From positions 64,001 to 128,000 of the IMG/VR virus record IMGVR_UViG_3300037484_000435: a stretch of DNA of 64,000 nt; one strand, 5' to 3'. This DNA is from a virus. Its lineage: Duplodnaviria; Caudoviricetes. Made by a program: the position numbers and the translations under genes. The notes under the pieces are model-generated. The model was given only the letters and a program-made list of their open reading frames with translations, was not told the DNA's origin and did no database searches. Positions 37,343-48,650 of the stretch are shown one piece after another. Within the stretch, counting starts at the first letter, position 1, and every line of letters begins with the position of its first letter.

Positions 37343-38701
37343 ATGTCAAAAGTCACAAAATTATCTGGCCCCGACCCAGGGGCATTCGATGAAACAATTA
37401 AATGGAACGTTTTGAGTTGCGGAAATATAGAGGTTAACTCAAATAAATATTACGTAATTGAGATACAACGTAATCGTAATACTGGGGAGCACCGCGTTTA
37501 CACGCAATATGGGAGAATAGGCTCATCTGCCGTGTATGAAATGCGGGGGCCTTATTCAGAGTATGACGCCACAAAAGATTTTGAATCAATTCTTAAGGCG
37601 AAACAACGCGGAAAAACGGGTGGAACTAGCAAGTATGCTATAGTGGATGTGATTACACCCACCGTGGGTTCCTACAATATACGAGGAAAAGCACAAACTA
37701 TAAAGGTAGACAGCTCTAAGGACATGGTGGCCCAGTCAAGCCACAAGTTCACACCAGATGTAATGCGGTTGCTCAACCAATTTGCTGACGAAAACATACA
37801 TAATATTACGTCAACAACTAGCATGTCGTTCACATCGCAAGGACTAGAAACAGCACTAGGACCAGTAACAGAGTCCCATGTGCAAAAGGCCAGAGAAGAA
37901 CTCCAAGCTATCCAAACGATAGTAAAGTCTAATGGTGGTAAAGTTTCGAGTCCCTATCACGATTTTGTGCAGGCTAATAATCGTTACCTAAGCCTGATTC
38001 CACATACCTTTGGGAGAAAAATAACTGAGTCTGATTGGATTGCGGACGACTCTAAATTGATTGAAGAGTTTGATTTGTTGGACCAGTTAGAGGCGGCGGT
38101 CAAGCTAGGCCTAAAATCCAACGCCCCCCAACAGTTCAAAGGATTGGATACAGACATCTTTACTGTTGCGGACCCAAAGCCGTTTATAGAAATGGTTAAC
38201 AAAACCAAAGCTCATACCCACCTCAATAGATGGCAGGTAAAGAATGCTTACGAAATAACTATATCCAAAGAACGTGCTCGCTTTGATGTGAACAGTTCCA
38301 AATACGGAAATTACAAGGATTTCTTCCACGGCTCAACCAACTGTAATTTTCTTTCTATATTATTGGGTGGATTAATCATACCAGGGCACGGCGATGGAAT
38401 CGCAATAGCTGGTAGAATGTTTGGAAATGGAATCTATGGAGCGACAAGCTCAACAAAGTCCCTAAACTATTCCGTAGGAAGTTGGACAGGAAGGAGGAAC
38501 AAATATTCAAACGCGTTTCTTCTGAGAGTTAAATTTGCCATGGGTAAAATCTATGAGCCCACCCGATCTGGGAGTCCACCCTCAGGTTATAATAGTGTGG
38601 CAGCTTATGCAAAGAAAACTGGTTTACAAAACGACGAATTTATTGTTTATAATTTAGAGCAATGCACAATAACGCATCTGCTCGAACTCGAACAGCGATG
38701 A
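37343..38701 (+). CDS. PARP-family ADP-ribosyltransferase (WGR, regulatory and catalytic domains)
   Basis: KYYVIEIQ..YGRIG (WGR-like), YLSLIPH (PARP_reg), FHGS, GRMFGNGIY, KSLNY, DEFIVY giving an H-Y-E triad. Confidence 0.9.
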   Translation: MSKVTKLSGPDPGAFDETIKWNVLSCGNIEVNSNKYYVIEIQRNRNTGEHRVYTQYGRIGSSAVYEMRGPYSEYDATKDFESILKAKQRGKTGGTSKYAIVDVITPTVGSYNIRGKAQTIKVDSSKDMVAQSSHKFTPDVMRLLNQFADENIHNITSTTSMSFTSQGLETALGPVTESHVQKAREELQAIQTIVKSNGGKVSSPYHDFVQANNRYLSLIPHTFGRKITESDWIADDSKLIEEFDLLDQLEAAVKLGLKSNAPQQFKGLDTDIFTVADPKPFIEMVNKTKAHTHLNRWQVKNAYEITISKERARFDVNSSKYGNYKDFFHGSTNCNFLSILLGGLIIPGHGDGIAIAGRMFGNGIYGATSSTKSLNYSVGSWTGRRNKYSNAFLLRVKFAMGKIYEPTRSGSPPSGYNSVAAYAKKTGLQNDEFIVYNLEQCTITHLLELEQR

Positions 38702-38719
38702 GGCTAGAAAGGACAGATA

Positions 38720-40400
38720 AAATGAAACCTGTGGAAGTCTATTGTTGTGGAGAAGTCATCTCTTGCACCGACGCAGTTAACGTATGCGATACATGCGGGG
38801 CTGAGTATGACATTGAGGGTGACAAAATAACTAACAAAAAACTTTGGACTAATACTAACATAGACGATCTGTGCGACTCAACAGACGTAATCATAGTAAA
38901 CGAATAATGAGGCTTCCGATGAGTAGAGTAATTCAATATGGCTCCAGTGTTGTAGATGAACATGGGGTCTTACAAAAGAAATATACTGTAGTTGAATGTT
39001 GTGGTGATGAACTTTATTGTTATGGATTTACAAACACGTGCCCAATTTGTGGTGCTGATTATAACCAAGCAGGACAACGACTAGCACCAAGAGAACAGTG
39101 GGGCGAAGAAACAGGTGAGCATTATACAGATATACTCAACATGCGTGAACCGTGGGATGACAATTATTGAGGAAGACAAGAAACTTGAGATAGATTGGGA
39201 AGGGGCATTTGATGAAGCTGTGACTCTATTCGTACAAAAGGGAGGACTGATTGATACTCTTAGACTTGAGGAAGTTAGAGCCGAACTAATCGCCCGCCAC
39301 ACCCATTACGTCGATATTGTGGACACACAATGATAACCACCAATAAAAATCCTAACATGATTACTGCTTGTGAGGCGGCTGAAAGCTACGCACAAATGAA
39401 GAAAGCGGATTATATGTTTTCACTCATTGATTATTTAGTAAGTGGTCTTAGTTCCTGTAGTCATGAATTAATCATACCACCTAATATATTTGGAGTGTAC
39501 AGGTGTGTAAAATGTGGGTTGCGATTTTCCCTCCGTTCACTCCGAGAAAGAAACAGAAGAGAGGTTTCAAAACAAATGTGTACAGTAGATGAAGAAAGAA
39601 TCATAAAGATGAAAGTGGAGGAGTTCCTCCAACAAGGTAAGATGTTTACCTCAGTCGACATTGCAAACGAAATAAAATTATCAGGGACGTGGATTCGTAA
39701 CCGCGACGTTGCAGGCTACTTGAGGGGCAATGCTATGAGTCTCGCCCGTATGCTCATGATGGTGTATAGACAAACCCTAATTCCTGTTACATTGGACGAT
39801 GGGACAGTGTCTGAAACTTATTTGTACCACCCGATACAGACAGATGCCAGTGAATACACCACTACAAACCAGCGAGCTTTAGACCCGCTCACCGCTAACC
39901 ACCCGAGATCGGCATCGATACACATACAAGCTGCCCCACCAGTGGTATCAAACCCAACACCTGTGGATACTACACCGAGTTTCGATATCAATCCTTGGCG
40001 AGTAGCTAGTGTCTGATTGGAAATTACCGGGCGATCAACGACGAAAATTGTTTCGCCGTTATGTGGACCTCCAAATGCGACATGTGCATGAGGAGGTCTT
40101 CAAATATGTGAGTGAAGTTAGGAGTGATTTGTGTATCAACGATATAATGGATGACATACCAGATTTAATGTATCATTCATTCTACGAGCGTCCTCGCGAC
40201 CCGAAAGCAGTTGAAGAGATGTTATCAATACACAAATTATTAACGGAGAAAAAAGATGGACCAACCAACGAAATTGACACACCTAGCAAGCCTGAACAAG
40301 CAGGCCTCAATTGATCAGCTCAAACATGAGTTAGATATACTAGAAAAATACTTTCTAGTCCATGGTACTTTCGAGCAAGCCCTGAAAAGTATACACCAAA
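38720..40400 (+). other. run of small hypothetical ORFs
   Basis: ORF track; several with CxxC motifs. Confidence 0.45.
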
Positions 40401-40429
40401 CAATTAAGACGATCGAGAAGGAATAGTAA

Positions 40430-41704
40430 TTGATGGTACAACAAGCGTTTGATTTTGAAAAATTTGCTATCAGAGATGTGAAATTAACCCAAGAAATCAA
40501 AGAAGGAACTTACCCAATTAATCAAGCGACAGTTATTTCTGTCAGTGCCCTAGAAGATATAAAAGACCTATTACGTTCTAAACTTTTGGACAATACAGTT
40601 TGGGGTGCCGAGCCTATCTCTGAAAAATCCCTTAGGGGCCTGATGGATGAAATAGGAACTGAATGGACAACCAAACAAGGGAATTGGCCCAAGCGTTTCG
40701 CTAAGGTCTTTAAATACCGAAGAAGCCAGAAGTTCGATAATGACTTTCTCTCGCGGGTTGGAAAAATAGCGAGAGAATCATGTATTATGTCCACTGGTAA
40801 GGAACTAGTGGTTTCGAAAGACTTCGATTGGAGTCCGGGGGACTACGGTGACTACGACTCGTGCTTCTGGAGATGCAGGTCTGGAGCCAAGAAGATACTT
40901 AGAGACGCTCGTGCATTTGCACTGCTGATCCACGGAGAAGACGAGAACCCGTTAGGCAGAGCATGGTGTGTGCCCTATAAGTCTTATTACGTAGTGTTTA
41001 ATGCTTACGCACGAGGCGGGGAATCGATTACTATTGTAACCTTCGCCAGAATAGTGTCGGATATATTCAATTTTCCCTACTACAGGAACGTCCGACTTAC
41101 ATGCCGAGGAATGACTGAGGGACCTCTCTGGATAAATAACGGGAAAGGCTATGTTGTAGGACCACAAGAGGTAGCAGACCTAGATGATGTCAATTTAGAG
41201 CACGCTCTGTACTGTTCGAGCTGTGACGAAGAGTGTTGTTACGAAGCCCACCTTGAAGACGACAGAGTGTTTTGCGAGAACTGCTATTCAGGGTCTAACG
41301 TGTGTGAGTGTTGCGATCGACGCATACACGATGACGACACTTATTGGGTACATGACACAGCTATTTGTGGAAATTGTGCGGACAATGATGCCGAGCGTTG
41401 TTATGAGTGCGAGAACCTAGAGTGGAACGACAACATCACCTACTACAGAGATGAGGCTTATTGCGAACGTTGTGTAGATAGAAAATTTGTTACGTGCGAT
41501 AAATGTAAAGAATTGGTACATCAAAAGGACACATTTAGCCTCAGAGACGGGTATTGCTACTGTGATGATTGTGTAGATGAACACACTTTCATTTGTAAAG
41601 AGTGCGGATACAGGTTTTCCAATCTAGAGGACCACGAAGAGGGAATGTGCTGGACGTGCTACCGCAAGCAACATCCAGAGGCAACCTCTCAGCTAGCTGT
41701 GTAA
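40430..41704 (+). CDS. hypothetical protein with C-terminal tandem CxxC zinc-finger array
   Basis: about ten CxxC pairs in the C-terminal third. Confidence 0.65.
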   Translation: MMVQQAFDFEKFAIRDVKLTQEIKEGTYPINQATVISVSALEDIKDLLRSKLLDNTVWGAEPISEKSLRGLMDEIGTEWTTKQGNWPKRFAKVFKYRRSQKFDNDFLSRVGKIARESCIMSTGKELVVSKDFDWSPGDYGDYDSCFWRCRSGAKKILRDARAFALLIHGEDENPLGRAWCVPYKSYYVVFNAYARGGESITIVTFARIVSDIFNFPYYRNVRLTCRGMTEGPLWINNGKGYVVGPQEVADLDDVNLEHALYCSSCDEECCYEAHLEDDRVFCENCYSGSNVCECCDRRIHDDDTYWVHDTAICGNCADNDAERCYECENLEWNDNITYYRDEAYCERCVDRKFVTCDKCKELVHQKDTFSLRDGYCYCDDCVDEHTFICKECGYRFSNLEDHEEGMCWTCYRKQHPEATSQLAV

Positions 41705-41714
41705 AGGAACCTAA

Positions 41715-42641
41715 ATGAAAGTTAACCTGAAGATACTAAAGAACATCTGCACGCTGGATGAAGATAAACTCAAAAACCATCTTACGGTTGTAAGACCTAA
41801 CTTAAAGGACCACGGGACATACCTCTATAGTGAGAGCCCAGACGCAAAAGTATTAGCGGTAGCACATCTTGATGTGCATACCGTTCTAAACGCCCAGTTT
41901 CGTTTGGTTAAAGACGAAAATACAACGGTCATACTACACCCTGGTCTAGATGACCGTTTAGGAGTATTCACTATCCTTTATCTATTCCCTCAATACGGAA
42001 TTGCAACCGACATATTACTAACCACTGACGAAGAATGTTGTATGTCCACCGCACGTGAGTTTGTAGAGAATTGTAAAAAGGATTATAATTGGATTGTTGA
42101 ACTGGATCGTGCAGGCGAAGATTTTGTCATGTACAATTATGATGATGACAAAGAAATAATTCACGACTTGAAATCAGTAGGATTCCAACTTGGTGTGGGT
42201 TCTTACTCGGATATTTGTGAGATGGAGGAACTAGAAGTCAGTGCCTTTAATATGGGCATTGGCTATCATTTCCAACACACCCCACAATGTTGCGTAATTC
42301 TTAGGGAGTTGGCCAAACAATTGCGTAAACTAAAGAATTTCTACGATGAATTTAAAGACAAAGCCTACACACATGTTTACGACCCAACTACAGCCTATTC
42401 ACGCTTTGGTAGTCTAGGTGTTTACTATCCGTCAGATCGTGACTTCCGCGATGAGGCCGATTATCTTTACGGTACATCTAGGGATCGCGAAGAGGAAGAC
42501 GATTACGATGGTGCAGACGTCTACTGGAAAAATGGAAAAATGCACTGGTCCTATGTGGCCCCGCGTAGGGCCTCCTGTGGGCAGAGTCGTGATCGAAGGT
42601 TGTGGAGTGGTCACTGGGACGAAAACGAAGCGGACTACTAA
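41715..42641 (+). CDS. M20/M28-like zinc peptidase
   Basis: VAHLD, GLDDRLG, TTDEE, ELDR, GYHFQHT. Confidence 0.75.
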   Translation: MKVNLKILKNICTLDEDKLKNHLTVVRPNLKDHGTYLYSESPDAKVLAVAHLDVHTVLNAQFRLVKDENTTVILHPGLDDRLGVFTILYLFPQYGIATDILLTTDEECCMSTAREFVENCKKDYNWIVELDRAGEDFVMYNYDDDKEIIHDLKSVGFQLGVGSYSDICEMEELEVSAFNMGIGYHFQHTPQCCVILRELAKQLRKLKNFYDEFKDKAYTHVYDPTTAYSRFGSLGVYYPSDRDFRDEADYLYGTSRDREEEDDYDGADVYWKNGKMHWSYVAPRRASCGQSRDRRLWSGHWDENEADY

Positions 42642-42658
42642 GGAACAAAGAAAGGAAT

Positions 42659-45377
42659 ATGACTGCAGGTAAAAGCTATTACATAGATTTCAGGTGCCCC
42701 AAATGCGGGCACCCGAGATTGGAGGAAAAGGTAGAGGGAGTAATCTGGTTTAGCGAGGTTAACTCCTTCTATCAAGAAGAAGATGGTCTCACAACTAGTG
42801 AGGAAATGGGGGATATGGAAGATTTCCATGAAAACTCTGAAGTGACAGCGTATCTTTGCCAAGAGTGCGGACACATAATTGCTACAGATGCTTACGAAGC
42901 CTTAGAATGGCTTAAAGAACACGGCATGATAGGAAAGAACCCATATGAAACCGCATGACGGGCCTGAAACCGCCGATGAAATTTATCCGTGGTTACTGGA
43001 AGACGAAGACCCCCCCCCAGAAATGAGCGATCTGGACGCGTTAGACATGTTAAATTATTTTCGAGACCGCTCGCTCAGTAAAGGGTATATGATTATACCT
43101 GATTTTGAAACGCTAATGCAAGCCGTATACATAGCCACAACGTGGTATTATGAACGGCAAGGAAAGGAGTAATGGGACAATACCACATAGTCTGTAATGT
43201 TGACAAGGGTGAATTTTTACACCCATGGAAATTCGGCCAAGGATTGAAATTCCTAGAATTTGCTACCTCAGGCGATGGGATACTTTACGGACTAGCTACA
43301 TTAATCGCAGATAGCATGGGCAGGGGTAGTGGGGACCTTAGAGTGGGGAACGCTATAATAGGTTCTTGGGTAGGAGACCGTGTAATAATTACCGGTGACT
43401 ACGGAGGAAAAGAACACATTCCGCAGGAAGAACGTAGGGACTACGAGAGTTTCTATGATTACGCTATAAACTGCTATGAAGATATCAGTGATAAAGTTAT
43501 TAAAGCCATACGTAATGCTGACCCCCACTCTCGTCTGCAGAACGTGAACTTCACAGAAGAGGGCTGGCGACATGTCCGAAGCAATTAAATGTCCTAACTG
43601 TGGAAAGAAAGAAATAACGATTACTGGAACGTTCAAGATTTATTATCATTGGCTTCAAGCAGAAGAAGACAAACACTCCCCTTGCTTTTTTGATTATGAA
43701 CTGGGGGATTACGAACCGATTGATGGCTACCCTCTTGAATTTATATGTCACTCCTGCAACCATGTATGGGAAGGAGACAATGACAAGGATTACTTTACTG
43801 ACTAATGTTACCAACAATCAAACTGAAAAATATTGATACGCAAGTAACTTTTCACGGGGATATTGATTGGGAAAAGCACCTCAAAGATAACACCCCAATT
43901 ACACAACTCCTCGATAACCTACGCCCAGATTTGAACGTATGGTTATACATTCCCCAAGGTTGGGGCTCAAACACTAGACCAGAACAACACCAAGACTTAA
44001 GGAAATACATAGAAGATAACTTAGGTTACGACAGTATAAAAGGAAAGATGAGAATCTGGGATCATCGCGGTGACTGTTATCGACTATGGTGCAGGGACAG
44101 ATTAACCTTTATTCGTATTTTGAATCTGTTCAAGGACAATGAATGACACAATTATTTACAGGCCACACTCTCACCAACACACGTGCAGAAGAAATTGTTG
44201 AGGCGATTAATGCTATATCGGATGCGTGTGACGAGGAAATACGGGTCCTATGTATAGAAAATGATGGGCCCGTTATAACCGTCGTAATTAATAATTCGGA
44301 TTTATATGATGAGGTCGTAGCACTAGGTGAGGCATTCTCCGCGGAGAACTAAACAACATGGTAAAAGAAAAAGAAAAGCCACGCCAAAAATTAAAAAAGG
44401 GTGACCGGGTAAGACTCTGCTCACAGTTGGACGAACGGGGAAAAGTAGGGACTCTTCTAAAATGGGAATACCACAAGGACACTGGGGTATTCTTCATTGA
44501 CTTGAAACCAGACGACGGAGTAGGATATTACTTTATGGGAACGAAGAAGCAATTTTCTTTAGAGAAATTGGATGATTAGATATAGGAAAAGAAATGCCAA
44601 AACCAACACTTAATGAAAGAACCCCTATTGTGGAACAATGTAGAACAGCCAGTCTGACTGTAACTACGCCCGACCCAAAAAACAAGGACAAGAAAGTTAC
44701 TGTTAATATACCTTGCCCGAGGATAGACGGCGACTATTGCACAACCTATCTGTATCCTAGCCTAAAATGGCGAACAGGGTCTTGTCCATTCGCACAGTCA
44801 GCCGTGACTGAAGAACAGGAACGCATGTTGAACCCATTGAAAGCCTCAAAGAGAGCCGCAGGAAAATGATAGAAGCTTTAGCAAAAGAAGGGTGGGAAAG
44901 AGACCGAACAGAGGAGGTTTTTGTAACAGGCAACGAAATACTTCTTTCCTTCTACCACCCCTCTTTTCCTTCTTGTGACTTGGTTCTCGGGATACAACTC
45001 AGTTGCGGAGAGGAAGGGGGCAGCAAAGTAGGTCTGAGTCTAGCTCTTAGGTCGCTGGATTACCAAAGTGGGTCAGAGAATTATAAGGAATGGCGGGACA
45101 AAGAGATAAATCCTACCCTAGTTACCGATACCGCTGAAGAACTACAAAAAGAAATTGATGATACTGAGGGATACGTATGATACAATTCATTTTAACAGTT
45201 GTACAAGACACAGACAAAGATGAGGATGTTATTGCTGATTTGGATGAAATCATTGATGACCAATTTGATATTTTCATCGAGGGTCTGATGCAGAATTACC
45301 CCCACACCGAGTATTGTTCTAGTGTAGATTGGGGTTATGGTGACTCTGAAGGTCACGAGGAAGAAATATGGGATTAA
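42659..45377 (+). other. run of small hypothetical ORFs
   Basis: abutting ORFs; includes zinc-ribbon paralogs 42659-42958 and 43572-43805. Confidence 0.5.
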
Positions 45378-46123
45378 TAGCACATGTGGACACCAAACGG
45401 GTGCCCGTAGAAGTAGTTATGGACGTACCCACACCTGACCGCACCCGTACTTGGGGTGCTATAGGGCATGGGCAACTAATCGACACCCTGAAGGGTGCAG
45501 TAGATAAAACTAACCTGGTAATCAAACGGGAGGAGTATTCCTTATCCAAAGATGGTGGAAGAATGTTTGGAGTATTCACCCTAGAGAGCCTCGACCTAGA
45601 GAAATCCAACATGCTGGGCTTTAGAAATAGCATAGATAAGACTCTCGCTGTGGGTTTGACCGCAGGTGCCCGAGTGACGGTTTGTGACAACATGGTTTTC
45701 TCAGGTGAGTTCATTGATTATCATGTTCACCGTGCTAAACTTACCGTGGAGGCCCTCGAAATAGCAGCTGATACAGCCGTGCAGTCGATGCTGGTGAAGA
45801 TAGCGGAATTCAATAACTGGCACGAAGGCCTAAATCAATACCAGCTCAAAAGGACAGACGCAGAAGCACTTACCTTTCGTGCGGTAGAAACAGGCGTCCT
45901 ATCTCCGGGGAAATTCGGAAAGTTTCATGAGTTATTCTTCACAAAGAACAATGAAGAAAACGATGCTTACTATGCAGACACCCTTTACGGGTTTCATGGT
46001 GCAATGACACAACTGTGGAATAATAATTCCTTAATAGGTACAGCACCCCGCCACGAAGGGCTGGTGAAACTAATAGAATCTGCAAAAGGTAGCTTACTGG
46101 GGCAGGGCGAAATCAGGAATTAA
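45368..46123 (+). CDS. DUF932-like protein
   Basis: GFRNSIDKTLAVGLTAGARVTVCDNMVF. Confidence 0.7.
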   Translation: MGLIAHVDTKRVPVEVVMDVPTPDRTRTWGAIGHGQLIDTLKGAVDKTNLVIKREEYSLSKDGGRMFGVFTLESLDLEKSNMLGFRNSIDKTLAVGLTAGARVTVCDNMVFSGEFIDYHVHRAKLTVEALEIAADTAVQSMLVKIAEFNNWHEGLNQYQLKRTDAEALTFRAVETGVLSPGKFGKFHELFFTKNNEENDAYYADTLYGFHGAMTQLWNNNSLIGTAPRHEGLVKLIESAKGSLLGQGEIRN

Positions 46124-47237
46124 TTATGATTAATATACAATGGCTGTGGGTCATCGCCCTCAGGTTCATGGCCTTCGCTCTCATACTCTACGCAGGTATA
46201 TTTGCAGGAACACTGCTCACCATAGAGTTCTTAGGTTATATGGGTAACGGTGTAGCCTGCCTTATCCTCGCCAGATTAGAGGAAATTTCACTTACGAAAG
46301 GGCGGGATTTATGATTCCCGTAGAACGCATCTCACGTTATTGGTACATAGATACAGAAAACACAGGCCTGATGAATTGGAATGACTATGATGCTCCCGAA
46401 GAGTTTTGCTTACATTGTGTATCTAAGAGACATCAAGATTATTGCATATCCATAGAAATTTCATTGCACAATTGGAGGGTGGGCCTCATCACATTGTGGC
46501 ACAACGAAGGCGGAGTTCTGCGCCCCGTAACCCATACGAAACCGGACGTACCTAATTTAGAAGACCTTCTCTTAGATTGGGCACACCACCCGCAGAAGTA
46601 TGATAAGAAAGAGGATTCAGTAATGAAGTCTATCCTCCTTATTGATAAATGGAGAAAGGGGCTAGAGGGGCAAGCTTCACGCTTGAAACTCAGAGCTACT
46701 GACTTGGTACAAGAGGGCCAACACAGAGTAGTGTGCAGATTTAACGGAACGGAGCTGGATGATGACGAATTCTGTGCTCTCGACGAGAAAGAACAAATAG
46801 CTTGTTTAGAACAACTATCTCGTGCAATAGAACACAAAATGGGGTTAGTATTGGACGATTACAATACAATCGTAGATCAGCTCAAGCATCTTGTAGGAAT
46901 ACACAAATGATTAACGTCAAGCAAGAAATAAAAGGGCATATTCTACACCTCTGGACGGATCTGAGAGAACGTCATGGTCCGTCCAAATCTAAAAAGACAA
47001 CCATAGTGGCGTCCTCTGAGGGAAACCAACGGATAGAACACGAGATGATTCCAGAGAACGAGGAGATGTCCTTTGGATTAAATGTCTACACGAAAAAAAT
47101 CAAAAGTAAGAAATAAAATTCACAAACTACTTCGGCTAAGAACCTTACAAAAGTCGCAATAATTAAACCAACCTATTGGCCTTAAGGATAGGTCGAACTA
47201 TCACACACTTCACGTCTCGCAGGGAGGGCCACATGAA

Positions 47238-47582
47238 ATGGAACACTACAGGGGTACCCATGTAATCATTGACCTGTTTGGCTGTAATTTTGACCTCATA
47301 AATGATGGGCCGTACATGGAAAACGTATTGTGCGAAGCATCAGTAGAGGCAGGTTGTACTATATTACATAAGTACACACATAAATTCGAACCCCAAGGGG
47401 TAACAAGCATAGTAGTGTTGGCAGAAAGCCACATATCTGCCCACTGCAGTCCAGAGTATAATAAAATTTGGATAGACGTATTTACGTGCGGCAGCAGAGC
47501 CATGCCCGAGAAAGCTGTGGCCCTCCTGATTGACAAATTGAAACCAGAAACATTCACCACAGAAACTATTGAGCGTGGTTGA
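47238..47582 (+). CDS. speD: S-adenosylmethionine decarboxylase proenzyme
   Basis: GTHVIIDL, FEPQGVT, LAESHIS (E-S self-cleavage site), DVFTCG. Confidence 0.92.
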   Translation: MEHYRGTHVIIDLFGCNFDLINDGPYMENVLCEASVEAGCTILHKYTHKFEPQGVTSIVVLAESHISAHCSPEYNKIWIDVFTCGSRAMPEKAVALLIDKLKPETFTTETIERG

Positions 47583-47628
47583 CTGTACAACAAGGAAAGG
47601 AAAGACTGTATAGGAGCTAAAACAACTT

Positions 47629-48597
47629 GTGTTAACGAAGGAATTAAAGGAGTTCACCTTTATTGACCTCTTTGCTGGTATAGGCGGTTTTAGATTGGGC
47701 CTAGAAAGCATAGGCGGAAAGTGTGTGTTTTCTTGTGAGGTAGATAAACATGCGGCTAAGACCTATGAAGCTTGGTATGGAGATAACCCACTAGGCGATG
47801 TAACACAGCTTAACCCATTAGATGTACCAGACCACGATATACTGACGGGAGGATTTCCTTGTAAATCCTTCAGCATAGCTGGTGTATCACAACGGGTCGG
47901 AACAAATAAGCCCCATGGATTTGACGACAAAGATACCGGACACCTGTTTTTTGAGATAATCAGAATTTTGAAAGTAAAATGCCCGCCAGTAGTTCTGTTG
48001 GAGAATGTAAAAAATTTACGGTCCCACAACCAAGGTCGTACATTCTCAACAATTCAGAAAAAACTCGGGGAGCTTGGGTACAAAGTATTCTATGAAGTAA
48101 TAGATGCTAAATATTACGTTCCACAACATCGAGAAAGAATAATCATTGTAGGTTTGAGAAAAGATGTATTTGGAGAAGAAATAAATTTTGAATTTCCTAA
48201 TCACGACAAACTCGAACCGAAGAAATTAAAAAGTATTCTCGAAGAAAACCCAGACCCAGCTTATACTCTACCTGATGGAACATGGGCCTACCTACAAAGA
48301 CGAAAACAAACGAATATAGACAACGGAAAGGGGTTTGGTTACAGTTTGGCAAACCCAGAAGGTATCACTCGAACTCTAAGTGCAAGGTATGGAAAAGATG
48401 GGGCGGAAATACTAATTAAACAAAGTGGAAACCCGCGGAAACTCACAACTAGGGAGACAGCCAGACTAATGGGTTTCCCAGACCATCTCCCTATTGTTGT
48501 ATCAAAAACTCAAGCATACAAACAATTTGGGAATGCAGTAGTGCCATTAATAATAAAAGCCGTTGGTCTAAAGATAAGAGAACTAATCACATCCTAA
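47629..48597 (+). CDS. C5 cytosine DNA methyltransferase (Dcm-like)
   Basis: DLFAGIGG, GGFPC, LENVKNL, PQHRER, TLSARY, QFGNAV. Confidence 0.95.
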   Translation: MLTKELKEFTFIDLFAGIGGFRLGLESIGGKCVFSCEVDKHAAKTYEAWYGDNPLGDVTQLNPLDVPDHDILTGGFPCKSFSIAGVSQRVGTNKPHGFDDKDTGHLFFEIIRILKVKCPPVVLLENVKNLRSHNQGRTFSTIQKKLGELGYKVFYEVIDAKYYVPQHRERIIIVGLRKDVFGEEINFEFPNHDKLEPKKLKSILEENPDPAYTLPDGTWAYLQRRKQTNIDNGKGFGYSLANPEGITRTLSARYGKDGAEILIKQSGNPRKLTTRETARLMGFPDHLPIVVSKTQAYKQFGNAVVPLIIKAVGLKIRELITS

Positions 48598-48603
48598 TAA
48601 CTA

Positions 48604-48643
48604 ACCTCCTGATACACTACAGAAATTAAATGTGTCAGGAGGT
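48604..48643 (+). promoter_or_regulatory. RBS-sequestering hairpin before small ORF (ATG 48651)
   Basis: ACCTCCTGATAC/GTGTCAGGAGGT 12-bp stem. Confidence 0.65.
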
Positions 48644-48650
48644 AAACCAC

